From Marsupella aquatica (lineage: Eukaryota > Plantae > Marchantiophyta): a DNA stretch of 64,000 nt. The stretch is taken from NCBI GenBank assembly GCA_973895155.1, contig OZ316897.1, positions 12,585,375 through 12,649,374 of the forward strand, read 5' to 3'. Positions 13,155 through 26,070 of the stretch are shown piece after piece (positions within the stretch are counted from its first letter, which is position 1; every line of letters begins with the position of its first letter). The translations under genes were made by a program, and so were the position numbers. The notes beneath the pieces were generated by a model that made no database searches, was not told the origin of the DNA, and was given only the letters and a program-made list of their open reading frames with translations.

Positions 13155-15946
13155 GGAAACATGTCTAGCTCACTGCCAGAATGCGTATTATGTCTCCAGA
13201 AGTATCAACTGAACAAAATGATAAGAAATGCAATTCCATTTTTGAAAGCAAGTAGCTTGTGTATGTATTGACCTTAAGATTTGACAAGCTATATAAGGCC
13301 AATGAGATCATTCCTGAACGGTGCGATACTCCCCAGTTGCAGAAAATCTCCTTAATAGTAACGAGACGTATGTATGAATCATTTTCACTCTCAAAGGGAG
13401 AGCTGCTTCGCTGTAGCTAGAAGAAGTGTAGAGGTGAGAAACTGGCCTCCAGCAGTTGCCAGTGCATTTCCACTGTCAAAGAGAAGTGCAGCTGCTTCGC
13501 TGTAGCTCGCGAACGAGGAAAGATGACTGGTAAAAGGCCTCCAACATTTGCGACTGTGTAGACGTAGACCATCTGATCAGCCATCGCACTTGTGGTCCAA
13601 TCTGGGATTGCGTCGAGTGAAACGCTCACAGCACCGAAATGCTTGATCCTTCGCCACAAACCCAGACTCGAACCGCAAGTATGAAGCCATTGTGAGATCG
13701 AGCTAAGCGTTCCAAGTGTCTGTGCATATGTAATATCAAGGAGATTTGTTGCAATGTTTCCTTAAAAAAGAAGCACGACAAACAAACAACATGATGGACG
13801 AGACTTTTCCCCTGCCATGAACATGCTATTATACCGTTTCGGACTATCGCAATGATGAGATCTGGGCAGAGTGGTGGAGGTCAAGTGCACGCACAAGCTC
13901 AGACTGTAACCGAAGCATAGTAGTCACTTCATACTCCGGTATACATTCCTCGCCAGCATTCTGACGGCCTTCAGATCCTAGAGGTGGTGCTACGAGCTAG
14001 AAGCCTTCGATCTAGCTAGCACCACCGATCAACCTCTCTCCTACTGGAGCTTCTGAGCGTTAAGGTGGGTTCAATTGGGTGACTGAAAAGCTGAAGCTTA
14101 TATATGTCCACTGCTGAATCCCTAACCTACGTGACTGGCCAGCAATTAGCCACTGGGCTAGTGATGCATTTTGCCTACGCTCTACAGGCAGCCACTGCAC
14201 TACCTATGCATGCTAGAGAAGAATTTCATTGGTAGCCACATTCTCTCGAGCCTTAGCATCGGGCCGGGCCGACGGGCTAGATCTCATCCACTACGACACT
14301 ATAGCTACGAGTCACTCGAAAACATGCAATCTTTATTCGGAACTGAGGCTTCACCCGCCATAGCCCTACCATTAGGGCCAAGACCTCGTGTGACGTGGAT
14401 GCCAGGCCAAATTTTCCCTCACATCGACGGCCACCACTGGTCATTTCAATACCAAAGTCGGCGACTTGGTGACAGCAGAAACAACATGTAAAGCAGCTAT
14501 TTATGCTGATGGATCGATCGAGCTGGGTGGCCCCTAGGTAGCTACGGTAGGTCCGTGAGCGTCCTGTAAAATAATATCAGTTGCCCCACTGCGGAGTGAA
14601 GTACGACATGATCGAGGTAGCAGCTATCACAATTGCAGACGACATTGTCGGCTCTTGTGAAGTGAGTCCGTAACGATGAAAGTGACTCGACTGTGAATGT
14701 ATCGTTCGAAAAAGTACCACGAAACAAGTGCGGCACGAACGATACGGCTTTGATGTCTCACGGGCGGTTTTTTTGGGACGTGGTTAAAAGTTCCAAAAGG
14801 CGAAGGTAACATTCCCCATATAATGATTAGATAAAATATATGGATGTTTCCACCTTTGAATTCCGTAAAGTTGAGCTAGCTACGAGTCTAGAACCCTTCG
14901 TTCGTTTGATCGAGCAGGACTGCATGAGTTGGCTATAAGCAATAAACTAGCTAGTAGTGTTACTGCAGGCAAAGAAGGGCCGCTCACCAATGTTCTAAAA
15001 AGGACCAAAATAGATGGACAGAAGCGCGCTCTTGGTAAATTAATCCACAGTTTTAGTATTTTGCTCTCAGACTAAGACTCGATCACAGGAAATTGCGAGG
15101 TTCTACTGTAGCTAGTAATTTGTTTATTGATTGATTTCGACAACAGCCTACTCAAACTCAGCTATATATGAAACAGCTCCTATTGAACGGACAAGACGCG
15201 ACGGACATGCTGACTGAGTGGTCAGCTGAATCAAATGAGTTCTATTAATCGAGGTAGAAGTCGTCGGACTAGAAGTCCTAGCATGAATAATGATTTTCAC
15301 AGGGTGGTTCCACAAAACGACTTCAGTTGGCTCCATGGCTTCTGCGGGGCTCTACAAAATGTTTTGGGGTCCATTCATTTGCTTTTTATTGGATTAAATC
15401 TGATATATGAATATCATGTATTGAATGGAAACAGTTTTAGTTGGCTTGATTTACGAGAACTCTGGGGCCATTCAATGTTTGATGCCTAACAAATACTACA
15501 TATGGACCCAAATAAATGCTGAGATGGAGAGATTATTTTATCTAGAATTTTAGATAATAGTGTCAAAGCTGAGATGAAGTGAATATTTTATCTATAGACC
15601 ATCTCTAGAGATCTGAGAATCGCCATTTTATTAAAGGGATTTATATTTATTTAACTCATTACAATTTTTTTTGGTTTGGAATCTATCTTTGAACCAAAGT
15701 GGTCAATTCGAGGGTCAATTTCCTTTGGTAAAAAACATCACAAGTGCCCCAGACAATGATATTTGAAGAGGTGTAAATTTGACATTTCTATTAAATCAGA
15801 GAGCTCTTTGTGACCGGTACGTAACTGTTTGAAGGTTACATCCATGCTAGTAGCAATCGTGCCAAGCTGACGTGTGGTTCATGCATTGAAATAGGAGTTG
15901 CCCGCTGTCCCTACAAAAGCCTATTGTTCATTTTTCCGGATGGCAC

Positions 15947-16950
15947 CACCCTGAGTTAAATCTACATCAAGTTAATGCTCCCCCACTTTCCCGGGGCGCC
16001 GTACACTGCCCGTCCCAATCCCCGATGCTGCTGCCCGCTTCGGCCCAAGTTTGGCAGAACATAAACCAATACTCTAAGATTTAACGCATGCGCCCCGGCC
16101 CGATCGACTTTGCGCCATCGACTGCGGGTTTATGTTTTGGCACATTCGCTCGCTCCAGCCCGAACGACTTAAGTTTGTGTCATCGACTTCTTCCTTGTGG
16201 AGTCGTGGTTTATGTTCTGGCAACTCTTCTTTCCAACAGAGTTATATTTTCTTTGTAAAAGAGTCTAAGTGTTCAAGGCAAGCCTAGTACTTTGGTTAAG
16301 AGTCATGATTTATAGAGTCTTGGTTTATGTTGTGCCAAATACTTATCCTCTATGGACTTGTAATTAATGTTTTGACAAAAGTTCTTTCCAAGGGAGTGAT
16401 GTTTGTTTAGTAAGACAGTCTAAGCATTTAGGCACAACCTAGTATTTTGGTTAAGAGTCATGATTCTAGAGTCTTGGTTGATGTTTTTCCAAATGCTTCT
16501 TCTTGATTGAGTCATGGTTTATGTTCTGGCAACACTTCTTTTCGATGGAGTCATATCTATTTTGTAATAGAATCTAAGTGTTCAAGGGGAGCCTAATACT
16601 TTGGTTGAGAGTCATGATTGTTAGACTCTTGGTTTATGTTATGCCAAGTACTTATTCTCTATGGAGTTGTGGTTTATGTCTTGGCAACACTTATTTTCAA
16701 AAAGTTGATGACACAAAGTAGACCGGGCTGGAGCGGCCGACAAAAAGTGATGGGTGCCAAAACATAAACCCGAAGTCGATGGCGCAAAGCCGATCGGACC
16801 GGAATGCATGCGTTAAATCGTAGAGTATTGGTTTATGTTCTGCCAAACTTGGGCCGGAGCGGGCAGCAGCATCGGGGATTGGGACGGGCAGTGCACGGCG
16901 CCCCGGGAAAGTGGGAGAACATTAACTTGATGTAGATTTAACTCAGGGTG
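15947..16950. mobile_element. Non-autonomous foldback/MITE-like DNA transposon, ~200-bp TIRs, 7-bp TSD ATGGCAC, internal ~155-bp tandem repeats
   Basis: The left end CACCCTGAGTTAAATCTACATCAAGTTAATG... is the reverse complement of the right end ...CATTAACTTGATGTAGATTTAACTCAGGGTG. ATGGCAC lies at 15940-15946 and 16951-16957. Three or more internal diverged units share GGTTTATGTT.TG.CAA motifs. Confidence 0.9.
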
Positions 16951-19065
16951 ATGGCACCCCGGATGGCACAAAGAATTTTGGGAATCCATTTATCCTTAAC
17001 CGATTGCAACAGCGAAAGGGCGTTCATCATTAATTGGGATGCAACCCGAGGTGTAACTGTAAAATTGTTTTTTGCTGACCACAATCTGGGCCTCAAATAT
17101 AATCCTCGAACTTGAATATATATATATATATATGACTGGGCCACAACCATGCAGAGGTCAGAAACTGCCGTCGTGGTTAATCGATAAGTACCAACAATCA
17201 ATGAACGTCATGCAGACGTAGTGAAGATTTTGCCATCTTGATATTGCAGGTCTACACCAGCTACAGTTCTACATGCAAAAACAAAACTGTCAATGCCTCC
17301 ATTTTCTTTTGCGTAAGTCCACTCGATTCTCTCATGATTGAACCTCATAATTTTGCAGTGTTCAAGTGACAATTTCAGAATACAGCTTTAAGATTGATAC
17401 CATTCTTATATTTCACTTGAATCATTTGTTTGTTTTGAAAACCTTTTAGTTTCCTACAAAATGTGATACTCTTAAATATCGATCACCATATATGCTCAAC
17501 CTCTAATTAACTGATCTCAAGAATTCATCCCGGTTTGCTGATGGCCTCGTACATTCCAGAAAATTCGGGGATAACAACGCGAATGGACAGTACTAGCAAT
17601 GTGCTCCTCAAGGTTGAGGGAAACGAGAATGACCCTTCTTGACCATCATGTAAATGGCGCCGAACCTCAACAAAAATCGTTTCTGCTGGGCACTTGGTTT
17701 AACCCAACACAATCGTCTACATTGGCCCAGGCACTAAGGATATATTCTATCTAAACGAATATACAACGCTATACAGATATGACAAACCAGGGCGCCCTGA
17801 CTGAATCTTCGGTGCTCAGTGTTCACCTTAATGATGAACCTTTCAGGTCCGACGGTCAGGCGAGTTACTCTGAATCTCTGACTAACACACGTAGGGGAAG
17901 TTTTTTAACCAAGGTCTTTAAATCTGACAAGAATTATTGAATGATTTGAGATTGCATACTGTACTCTGGGAACCCAGTTCATGATGAGACAACATCGTTT
18001 GTATTGTTTAATATATGTGTCCACTCCTCCCCGCGTGGGAACTAATTTACGTAACGAGCGGGGGCACCTCGTCAGCATCGAGGTTATTTCACCATAGATT
18101 AGTCTGGTTTGCCCCAAAGTCGCAGTAGTCCACTCCGCCGGCCATTTGAAATTTGCGGGTGCGGAGCTAGTGGAAGTATGGAACCCCTCTCTGATGCCTC
18201 CTCCACATTTACAGGCGTGGCCTCTCGTCTGTCAGGCAACAAGACAGTGGCGATATTTTGAGAGTAGTGTTGAGTCTAGAAACTGGCAAACAGTCATAAT
18301 AATATCGTGAACGTGGTGTTTCGCCTGATTCCCAGCCGTTACCCAAATGTCCGGGCAGACTGTTGACATAATTGAACGCCTGATAATGGGCGTCGACGTT
18401 TGTATCGCCATATCAACGGATGTCCAATCACGCTTTTAACTCAACGCAAGCAATAATAACACTTCTCCCATGATCTCAATAACATTTCGAAGACGGAGAT
18501 AGTAACCGCAATGTTGCAAGTACAAGCGATCGTTTATTAATCGCAAACCACCCCGGTGCAGTACATACATGCATTTCGAGCATCAAGCCAATCTGCCGAC
18601 CGACCGATGTCTAACGAGTCAAATTCCAGTACCCTTTGCGCCATTTGAAAGCCTTTAGGACGGAGTGTCTGGCGAGGCCAAAGGCACGGGCATTCTAAGC
18701 AGCAAGTAGTACAGTACTACTCGATGCCTCCTGCCTGGCCTGCCAGCCAGCAAGAAAGCAAGCCAGCCAGCAAGACTTCACTGATCTGAGTGGTCTTCAT
18801 GAAGCGCTACATGTACCACTCACGGATTGAATCTAATCTCTCTCATACGGAGAAACCAAGTGCTCGGGAACGAGTGAGTGGTTACGTACCCTTTTTGGTC
18901 GGCTTTGATTTTGAGCTCTGGGTACCTCTATGACTAGCTCGTGTACGTGTCAACTGAAATGTGAATGCCCCATGCCCACTCGGTGCTGCCAGCCCACTCT
19001 GGATCCAACAACCTTGTTCTTCTTCTTAATTTCCTTTGTATTAAACAAATGAACACTTTAATGGC

Positions 19066-19460
19066 GTAGGATTCTAGAAACAAAAGCCCGGATGGACGAG
19101 ACGGATTGCTTTTATAGAGAAAAGAAAAGATAAAACCCGTCGTGGATTAACCTTGACTACCTTGGGGAGAAAGTATTCAAGACATTATGGTGATCCTGAG
19201 TAATGACATGACGCCTTGACTACTTTCAGGTTGAAGGTCATCAAGTAGTCAAGAACTTACCAAGGAAACGGGTTTGAAAATGTAATTGAAACCGGCTACA
19301 AACAAACAGTAAGGAGACCATTTACAGGTCAAATTTCAATCAAAAGTGTAAAAATGTTATCTAGTTTAAATGTTCTGGGCAAGTCCATCCAAGCTTTGCC
19401 AGTCCATCCGGGCTCATAGATAGTGGAGGTCCATCCCAACTTTAGTTTCTAGAATTCTAC
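19066..19460. mobile_element. Probable MITE (~395 bp) with ~21-bp imperfect TIRs, possibly TA target
   Basis: GTAGGATTCTAGAAACAAAAG versus CTTTAGTTTCTAGAATTCTAC (2 mismatches). The inner GCCCGGATGGAC/GTCCATCCGGGC pair is also inverted. Confidence 0.55.
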
Positions 19461-20850
19461 TATGTACCCTTCTTCAATCTTCTTTTTTCCCTCGAAACTG
19501 ATTTTTGTAAAGTAACCCATTATTGTGTGCTTCCAGTTCTTGACCAGGCCCCAATCCACACTTGTTTAGCCTGTACTGAAACCACCACTCTCCCTGTCAA
19601 ACTTGGTAATAGCATGTTTCACTATCATTAACATCTTTTTTCTGCAATTGTTGGAGTAAGAAGAGGAGAGATCTTATTGACAAATTGGTAAAATATGAGA
19701 AAAGTAGGAAGGGGTGTAGTAAGAAGAGGAGACAATCAGGCATCTTGTTGACAGACTAAGGAAAAATGTGAAACGGGGGGAGATTTGCCTAGACTGTTCC
19801 CCTTTATAGTGATATTAACCATATGCCCACGTGTTACACAAAAGATGTTGAGCCGAGGCAAAGAAATGCAGGTGATCGAGGCAAGGAAGTTGTTGAGACA
19901 TCTTATCTATCATTGTGGCCATGTTATCGATTATTGGAGTTGTGCAGTCGTCCCAACCATGTTGTCATTTCGACCAAGGGCTGTTTTAATTGGCCATGCA
20001 TGCCGGGTGGTCATGTTGGCATGTATCTATTGTTGAGTGCGCAAGTTTACTGTGAGGGATTGAGTTGAAAGAATATAAATCAATCATCACAATGAAGACA
20101 TAATGTGTATTTAAGATGCTTATATTCAACTATGAGGAAATGGTATTCAATGACCACGGGATACAAAGTCAATATACAATGACCCTTCATTATATATGCG
20201 TAAATCAATATATTCATTAAAAGTGAATTATTATTCAATTTATGAACATTTGGGTAACAAAGTGTACATTTGGCTTTCAAAAAGTGCACAATTGGACAAG
20301 AAATAAACATATTGGCCATCAGATGTACCACCATTTTCATCCTTTGTAAATGAACTAGAATGAGACTCCTTAGATCAATTTTGTGCACTCAAGTTTACAA
20401 TTGACCATTTAGGTGTAGAGTATTGTACTATAATGTACCTTTGGGGTTAAAAAGTGTACATTTCGAAACCAAAAAGTGTATATTTATAGACCTAAAAGTG
20501 AACAAAATAAAATACACTTTTAATGAATAGGGTGATGTAAGGGATCTACAAATAAATATATAAACAAGCTAATGGAATATGATTATAAGTAAAAGACTAA
20601 TTATATCACATGCAGTCTTTATTTATGCCCAATTAGAAACCTCATCACATACAACATTTATTTTGGTAAACTTGCTTGACCCTCTTAATTTGGATTCTGC
20701 AACCACATAGTTACTCCAACGCACGTACTCCAATAGATATATGAGAAACAAGTTAGGAGATTGTGAGGGACATGTTTGTACTCATTTGAACATTGCTGAT
20801 GAATTTGTTTTCAGCCAAAAGCCATGATGCATATTATAAGTGTTTGCTAG

Positions 20851-22680
20851 CTAGCAAAAATGCCCGTGCATTGCACAAGTGTTCTTGGGGCCATATTGTT
20901 AATTGTTGGTGCAATAATACCTGTGCATGACACTAAAATGTCAAGACAAGGCCAAATTGCAAGTGAGGAGAATTGCAAGTGAGGAGTGTACGTAGTTCTG
21001 ACCATCATGAGATTATAAGTTGTGCCATGAACTCTTAGTTTAGTGTAACAATACCCAACCATGCATTGCACATAACAGCTTTTTACTAACCTGTCCCCCA
21101 AATCACCCAAATTTACTGACGTGCCCCCAAAACAATTTTATTTATCACCTTGCCCCCCATTTCATATGTGGGTTAACTTTTAACTGTGATTGGGTTTAGG
21201 GTTCAACGTGGCGAGTCGCCATAGGCTGTCTGAGCTTAACTCACCGGGCTCTCCTTTAGCCCCCCTTCCATTCTCCCCTGCCCGACCCCATCGCTGGCCC
21301 AGGAGGAGTTAAACGCGACCCCACTAAAGAGTCGCCCTTCCATGCCGTCCCAAAAATGAGTGGCTGCCTACCGAGGGTCACTTTTAAAGGGGCGACCAGT
21401 TTTCAGGAGGGATGACGGGGAGGGGGAAGGCCTACGATGGTGGTCGGGCAGGGGTGAAGGGAAGGGGGGCTAAAGGAGAGCCTGGCAACTCAGTCTATGG
21501 TGACTCGTCACGTTACACTCTAAACCTGATTGATCGTGAGTTAAGAGTTAACCCAATACAAAATGGGGGCAAGGTGATAGATAACTTTCTTTCAGGGGCA
21601 CGTCAGTAAATTTGGGTGATTTGGGGGACAGTTAGTGAAAAGCTGTTGCACATAAATGCCATAGTAAGGTAAAGAATTGCAAGTGAGATAAAAGAGTGTC
21701 GTTGTGCTGATAATTATGTTCTTTGTTCAGTCATGTCCATGGGTGCAGAAGCTAGTCTCACTTTTTTGGTGAACATTGTTGTTGTGATAGTGTTATTGTC
21801 AAGGAGACTGAGGGTACAATGTGAGGATCCAAGAAGGGTGACAACCCAGTGTCGCTCACAGCCATGACATTGCAAAGTCCAACACAGTTAATTGTGGGAC
21901 AGCCTAGGAGAAAATGTTTTCAGGTAAAATCTTTTCCTCTTTTCTCGTTTTATGTTACATTTAATGTTTATACTAAAAAAATTTATTTTACAATTTACAA
22001 TTTATTTCTTAATTCTGTTGTCATTGCAAGCAGGTGCCAGAAGACGTAGGGTAGCTTGGGCAGACAAGTAAGATGAAGCTTTTTGATGAAGGGCCAAGAT
22101 TGGCTCCCACCTTTTTGGTAGGGATCATTTATTATAGGGCTGCTTAAATCCAATTTTGAGACTTCTAAGAAAAACAGGGTGTAAAAAACCAAATTTATGT
22201 ATATTCCAAGAATATTCCAAATTAATAGGGGTAAAAACATTTAAAAAACCCTTTTTTCTTAAGTGCTAAGGTCGCAGGTGATGGGGGGTTACCATAAACT
22301 TAGTGAGGGTTTATTGGGTTTAGTGAAATACTTTTTAATTTTGTTGAAGAACATTAGGGTTATTTTAATCCAATTTTGAGAATTATAAGAATCATCTTTA
22401 TGGTTTTTTAAAATCGAATATGGGAATATTCTGGGAATATTCCATTAAGTTAGGGGTAAAACTAAAAAAAATTATTGACTTAAATTTTAGGGTGTTTATT
22501 CCCCCAAAACTTTGAGAGTGATATGGGACCCCTTGGAATCAATACTAAGATAATGTCATTGTAGAGGAAAACAGCCCAAAAACAACAAAACAGTAGGCAA
22601 CAAGAGAGAAAACTGATTGAAGCAAAGATAATCTTTTTTACATGTAAATGAATGAATGTCTTACTCTTATTCTAGAGAGA
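20851..22680 (-). mobile_element. Probable non-autonomous Helitron (3' end at 20851; 5' end tentative at 22680)
   Basis: CTAGCAAAAATGCCCGTGCATTGCAC is the reverse complement of a typical plant Helitron 3' end (GC hairpin, ~8-nt spacer, CTAG). The candidate 5' end reads TCTCTCTAGAATAAGAG on the minus strand. The A|T target is not cleanly preserved. Confidence 0.45.
21076..21645. mobile_element. Mutator-like MITE (570 bp) with long TIRs and 10-bp TSD TTGCACATAA
   Basis: CAGCTTTTTACTAAC-CTGTCCCCCAAATCACCCAAATTTACTGACGTGCCCC... mirrors ...GGGGCACGTCAGTAAATTTGGGTGATTTGGGGGACAGTTAGTGAAAAGCTG. TTGCACATAA lies at 21066-21075 and 21646-21655. Long TIRs with a 9-11 bp TSD are diagnostic of MULEs. Confidence 0.9.
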
Positions 22681-24129
22681 AGCAACTTGCGCGGCACCAG
22701 AGAAAACTAAACCAGGAGCAAGTGACATTGAAATATGGTCTCCCTTAATAAGCGGTTCCAGCGAAGCTTCAAAGAGCCTCCTAGTTAGCCTGATTGGCAG
22801 TCAAATCTTGTATGAAACCTATCGAGTCCCTAAGTGTAGTGCACTGACCCCAACCTGAGTCCGCTCCAGACCGTCTCCATTGGTAGCCCTTGTCTTCCAT
22901 GATGCAACACATCCATTAGCTCCTTGAGATCACTTGTTTCCTGTCTCCCGTGATGAACGCATCCACTAGCTCCTTAGGATCACTTGTTGATCTCATGTAC
23001 CTATAGCCTGCCCCCGTCCCCCCGCCCCCCCCAAAAAAAAATAAAAAATAAAAAATGGTGACAATGCACCACCAGCAAGCCGTGGAAGTGGCACGCCCGG
23101 ACCACCCACTCCACTGAAGGGGCACTTCAAGCCAAAAGCCCATCAATCACCTCCCCAGTAGTCCACTTGAATGCATCAGCGGGCACTCTGGTGCTACCCT
23201 GTGTTCCCTTAGCCCAAAGAGTAGCAACACATCATAGCGACCCCTAGGGAATCACCTCTAGTACAAAACCCCCTAAGATACATGCAAACAAAATAATAAA
23301 TTTTGAGAAAAACATATCAAGAATGGAAAACCCTTGTATCCTTTATTATATTACTTTGACATATTTTCAAAAATACCTTGTTTTTGCCAATCATGGGATG
23401 TTTAATTGCGTTTATATAAGAAAAATATGACGAATAGAATTTTATGGTTTTAAGTAGATACATCACATTTTTGATAAAAAGACCGTTTTGTAGTCATTAG
23501 TGAACTCCATGACAAGGCTTTGCAAAATTCATGGGACGTGGTTGCATCACATCATTCAATGCTTTTTGCCACAAACACAAACTTACAATGATTTTTGTGG
23601 TGACAACCAAACATGATCATTTGTTTTTGTTGTAACACCAACAAAATGTTAGACCTGGGAATGATAAAAATTCAAGCAAAATAAAATTAACATGCCAAAA
23701 CCCTAGACTGTTTTATTTATATTTAATCAGATTACTTAAGCTACAACAACAATTTACTCTAGCCATTCAATCTGATTGATCAATTTATAAGATCAATCAT
23801 TTGCTAACAAAGAGTAGGGTGGATGACAGTGCACAACAGTCACAAGAAAAGATGCAAGTTGCTCGATTTCTTAGATGGACTAACAAGATCAAATGTTGAT
23901 AACTAACAATGATGGTGTGCACTTTAAACCAACAATACTTTAAGTTAGTTAATTGTTCTTTTGAGGTTTTCATGATGCCATTTCTATGCTACTGGGGTAC
24001 ATTAGCATCCTAAGCTACATCAAAAGATTTTTGTAGCCATAATGTTGTCATCTCAAGCCTGTTTGGGCTGAGAATATATATTACATCTAGGGAAATTTAC
24101 AGCCTACTTTAGCTTTAGGACTACTTACC

Positions 24130-24204
24130 AAATAAAATGAAAATAAAATGAAAATAAAATGAAAATAAAATGAAAATAAAATGAAAATAAAATGAAAATA
24201 AAAT
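24130..24204. repeat. Minisatellite (AAAATAAAATG)n, 11-bp unit, about 7 copies
   Basis: A perfect tandem array is visible. Confidence 0.95.
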
Positions 24205-24872
24205 AGACTTCCAAAAATTTTCTGATGACCCTCATGAAACCAATCACATGAAAGAGATAGAACGGAATGAAAGAAAAAAAGAGAAAAGTGACATAGGATC
24301 GGGAACCAAAAATAAAGTAAAACAGATCAAAGGTTAGGGTGGGCAAGAGGAACAAAAAATTAAGGGTTGGAAGTTTTGGTTTAATAAACATATAAATACA
24401 AGTCCCTCATTCAGCTGGCTACAATAGCCTAACATGGAAACAGGATCAATGCCTCTTGCCTGTCGAGTTAGTTCATGAGCTCGACCGTGAGCTCATCTCG
24501 TTGGTTGTTGGATATGTTTCACTGGATGTGCCACTAGATGACATATATCAGGCATGCATAACAACGTACGAAATAGGTATAGTTACTCGGTTTACATTCA
24601 CACTGAGACAAAGGGTGCTGCTCGAGCCCCGACTCAAGCCAGGGGTAAAAGTGAGACTCATGACCTTTGTGGGAGAGCATGTATTAGCTTACTCACAAAC
24701 ATTAAAGGGTCCACGTACAAACACAGTATTTGCTTGATGGGACCCCAAAATGCAAAATGTTACTTCATAGGACCCCTGAGATTCTGGGTACATTTTTTAA
24801 AGTTTTGGGTAACTTTATTGGAGGTTAATCAACTGTCTGGATCACTCAAAGGTCCTACTAAGTAACAATTTT

Positions 24873-25220
24873 CCTTTTTGGATCCCATCAAGCAAATAAC
24901 TCTCCACAAACTAATTGCTCTAGTCATACTGAACTACCATGTTTTGTACTAAGTGGAGGGAGAGGAGGGAGGTTGGGTGACAATCATCAAGTTTGGGGGA
25001 ACACTAATGGAAGATTGGACTATGGGAGCGGGGACAGACTAGAACAGATCCTTTTTGGATCCCACCAAGCAAATACCTCTCCACAAACTAATTGCTCCAG
25101 TCATATTAAATTACCATATTTTGTACTAGTGGAGGGGGATGAGGGAGGTTGAGTGAGAATCATCAAGTTTGGGGGAACACTGATGGAAGACTGGACTGTG
25201 GGAGTTTGGACAGACTAGAA
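24873..25220. repeat. Two-copy tandem duplication of about 177 bp
   Basis: CCTTTTTGGATCCCA.CAAGCAAATA.CTCTCCACAAACTAATTGCTC...GACAGACTAGAA occurs at ~24873 and ~25050. Confidence 0.85.
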
Positions 25221-25569
25221 TTGATAGACAAGTTGTGAGAGGGCCTGAGAATAATTTAGAGTTTCAGAGGGTTGGGATGGTAAAGCCTTTAGCCATTCAC
25301 CTTGTCATTCAGCCCAACAGCCAAGATGCATTCATTTTGCTCAATCAGCTTTTAAGTTTTTTGTCACTAAAGATGTTCTGATTGACAATATTGCCACTGT
25401 TTTTTTTTTAGTTATAAAAATGCCTTCATTTATGGATGACAAGTTCACCAAATTAACCAGGGAAACTATATAACTAAAACGTGATATTTTTGTAAATACG
25501 AAAAAGCTAGGTATTATTGTAAATTCAAACATCTTAGTGGCAATGTACATTGTTTGCTCAATAGCGCGT

Positions 25570-26070
25570 TTAGAGGTATGTTTTGCTTTCTGTGCCTCAC
25601 TGGTGCTCATTCTCTCGTTGGTTCTCATTTGTTGGCCTCGGTTGAACTCTCATTCTCTCCAGGTTTTGGTGGTCATTTTTTGGCCTCAGCTGCGCTTTCT
25701 ACTTGGGCAGGCTCTCATTTGTTGGGCCTCGGCTGTGCTCTTCCCTTGCGCTCTGGCTAGATTGGCTTTTACGCTGCTGCGCTCTTGTTTTTCACCCATT
25801 TTTGGCCGTGGCTGTGCTCCTTTTTTGCCCTGGGTTGTGCTGTGGTACATTTGCTTCCCTAGCTACTGTGCTCTGTTTTTTGGGCCTCGCCTATGCTGTG
25901 CTGTGTTCTCATTTTTTCTCCCTCAGCTATGCTGCTCTGTGCTTTGTTTGCCCTCGGCTGTGCTCTCGTTTGCGCCCTCAGCTGCTGATGGTTTGTATTT
26001 TGCTGATTGGATTGATGAGGTTTGGGTGTTACAAGGTATATCAACATAGAAGGTGCTGTGCTATTCTCTT
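25570..26070. repeat. Degenerate short-period repeat array (GCCTCGGCTGTGCTCT.TTTT-like units)
   Basis: GCTGTGCT / GGCCTC.GCT motifs recur. The overlapping Cys/Phe-rich ORFs are a by-product. Confidence 0.55.

Noticed and set aside
8700-15500. Numerous 60-106 aa ORFs
   Set aside because: They have no recognisable motifs or coherent exon chains and are consistent with chance ORFs.
15858-15872. TCGTGCCAAGCTG resembling the 5' part of bryophyte miR536 (from memory)
   Set aside because: Only about 13 nt match and no complementary arm is nearby.
16200-16700. Regularly spaced repeats superficially like a CRISPR array
   Set aside because: The DNA is eukaryotic, the spacers are themselves repeated, there are no cas genes, and the array lies inside a TIR element.
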